The translations under genes and the position numbers were made by a program. DNA of 58,249 nt, the filler included, from Sphacelaria rigidula (taxonomy: Eukaryota): assembly GCA_964200075.2 (NCBI GenBank). It is 3 parts of 3 records of this genome, joined end to end, with 100 filler letters (N's around TTAATTAATTAA, not from the genome) between each part and the next. Parts side by side here need not be neighbours in the genome. Positions count along the whole stretch, not along the records: positions 38,911 to 58,249 come from CAXNAA020000684.1; 2 more parts are not named here. The stretch is one strand, 5' to 3'. The notes beneath the pieces are model-generated. The model was not told the DNA's origin. It worked only from the letters and a program-made list of their open reading frames with translations, and did not search any database. Positions 58,184 to 58,249 of the stretch are shown piece after piece (within the stretch, counting starts at the first letter, position 1; every line of letters begins with the position of its first letter).

Positions 58184-58249
58184 TGGTGTGGTGTGTAGGG
58201 TGGTGTTGTGGTGTCACCCCCAAGCAAAAAAAACCAACGCCCTCTACAC

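Overview
Eukaryotic, intron-rich, repeat-rich genomic scaffold, most likely a stramenopile and probably a brown alga (inferred from gene architecture and repeat style, not from a database hit). It has two 100-nt artificial gaps. Genes reconstructed by hand from splice sites: (1) a complete 5-exon DEAD-box helicase DBP2/DDX5 (+, 8249-16724, about 514 aa); (2) the 3' part of UTP10/HEATR1 (+, about 39408-53075, 16 exons, one GC-AG intron); (3) a minus-strand polycystin-like GAIN/GPS membrane protein (at least 37684 down to 21354); (4) a tentative minus-strand membrane-protein gene near 2435-6270. The best hidden signal is three intronic box C/D snoRNAs inside UTP10, all antisense to 18S rRNA. Two are tandem snR53-like paralogs inside the GC-AG intron; the third points to a cytidine I do not recognise as a known 2'-O-methylation site. 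The rest is transposon debris: two Ty1/copia remnants, an RTE-like LINE, two SINE families and several MITEs. The MITEs include a TGT...ACA element with a 4-bp TSD carrying telomere-like repeats, and a GAC...GTC group with 4-bp TSDs.
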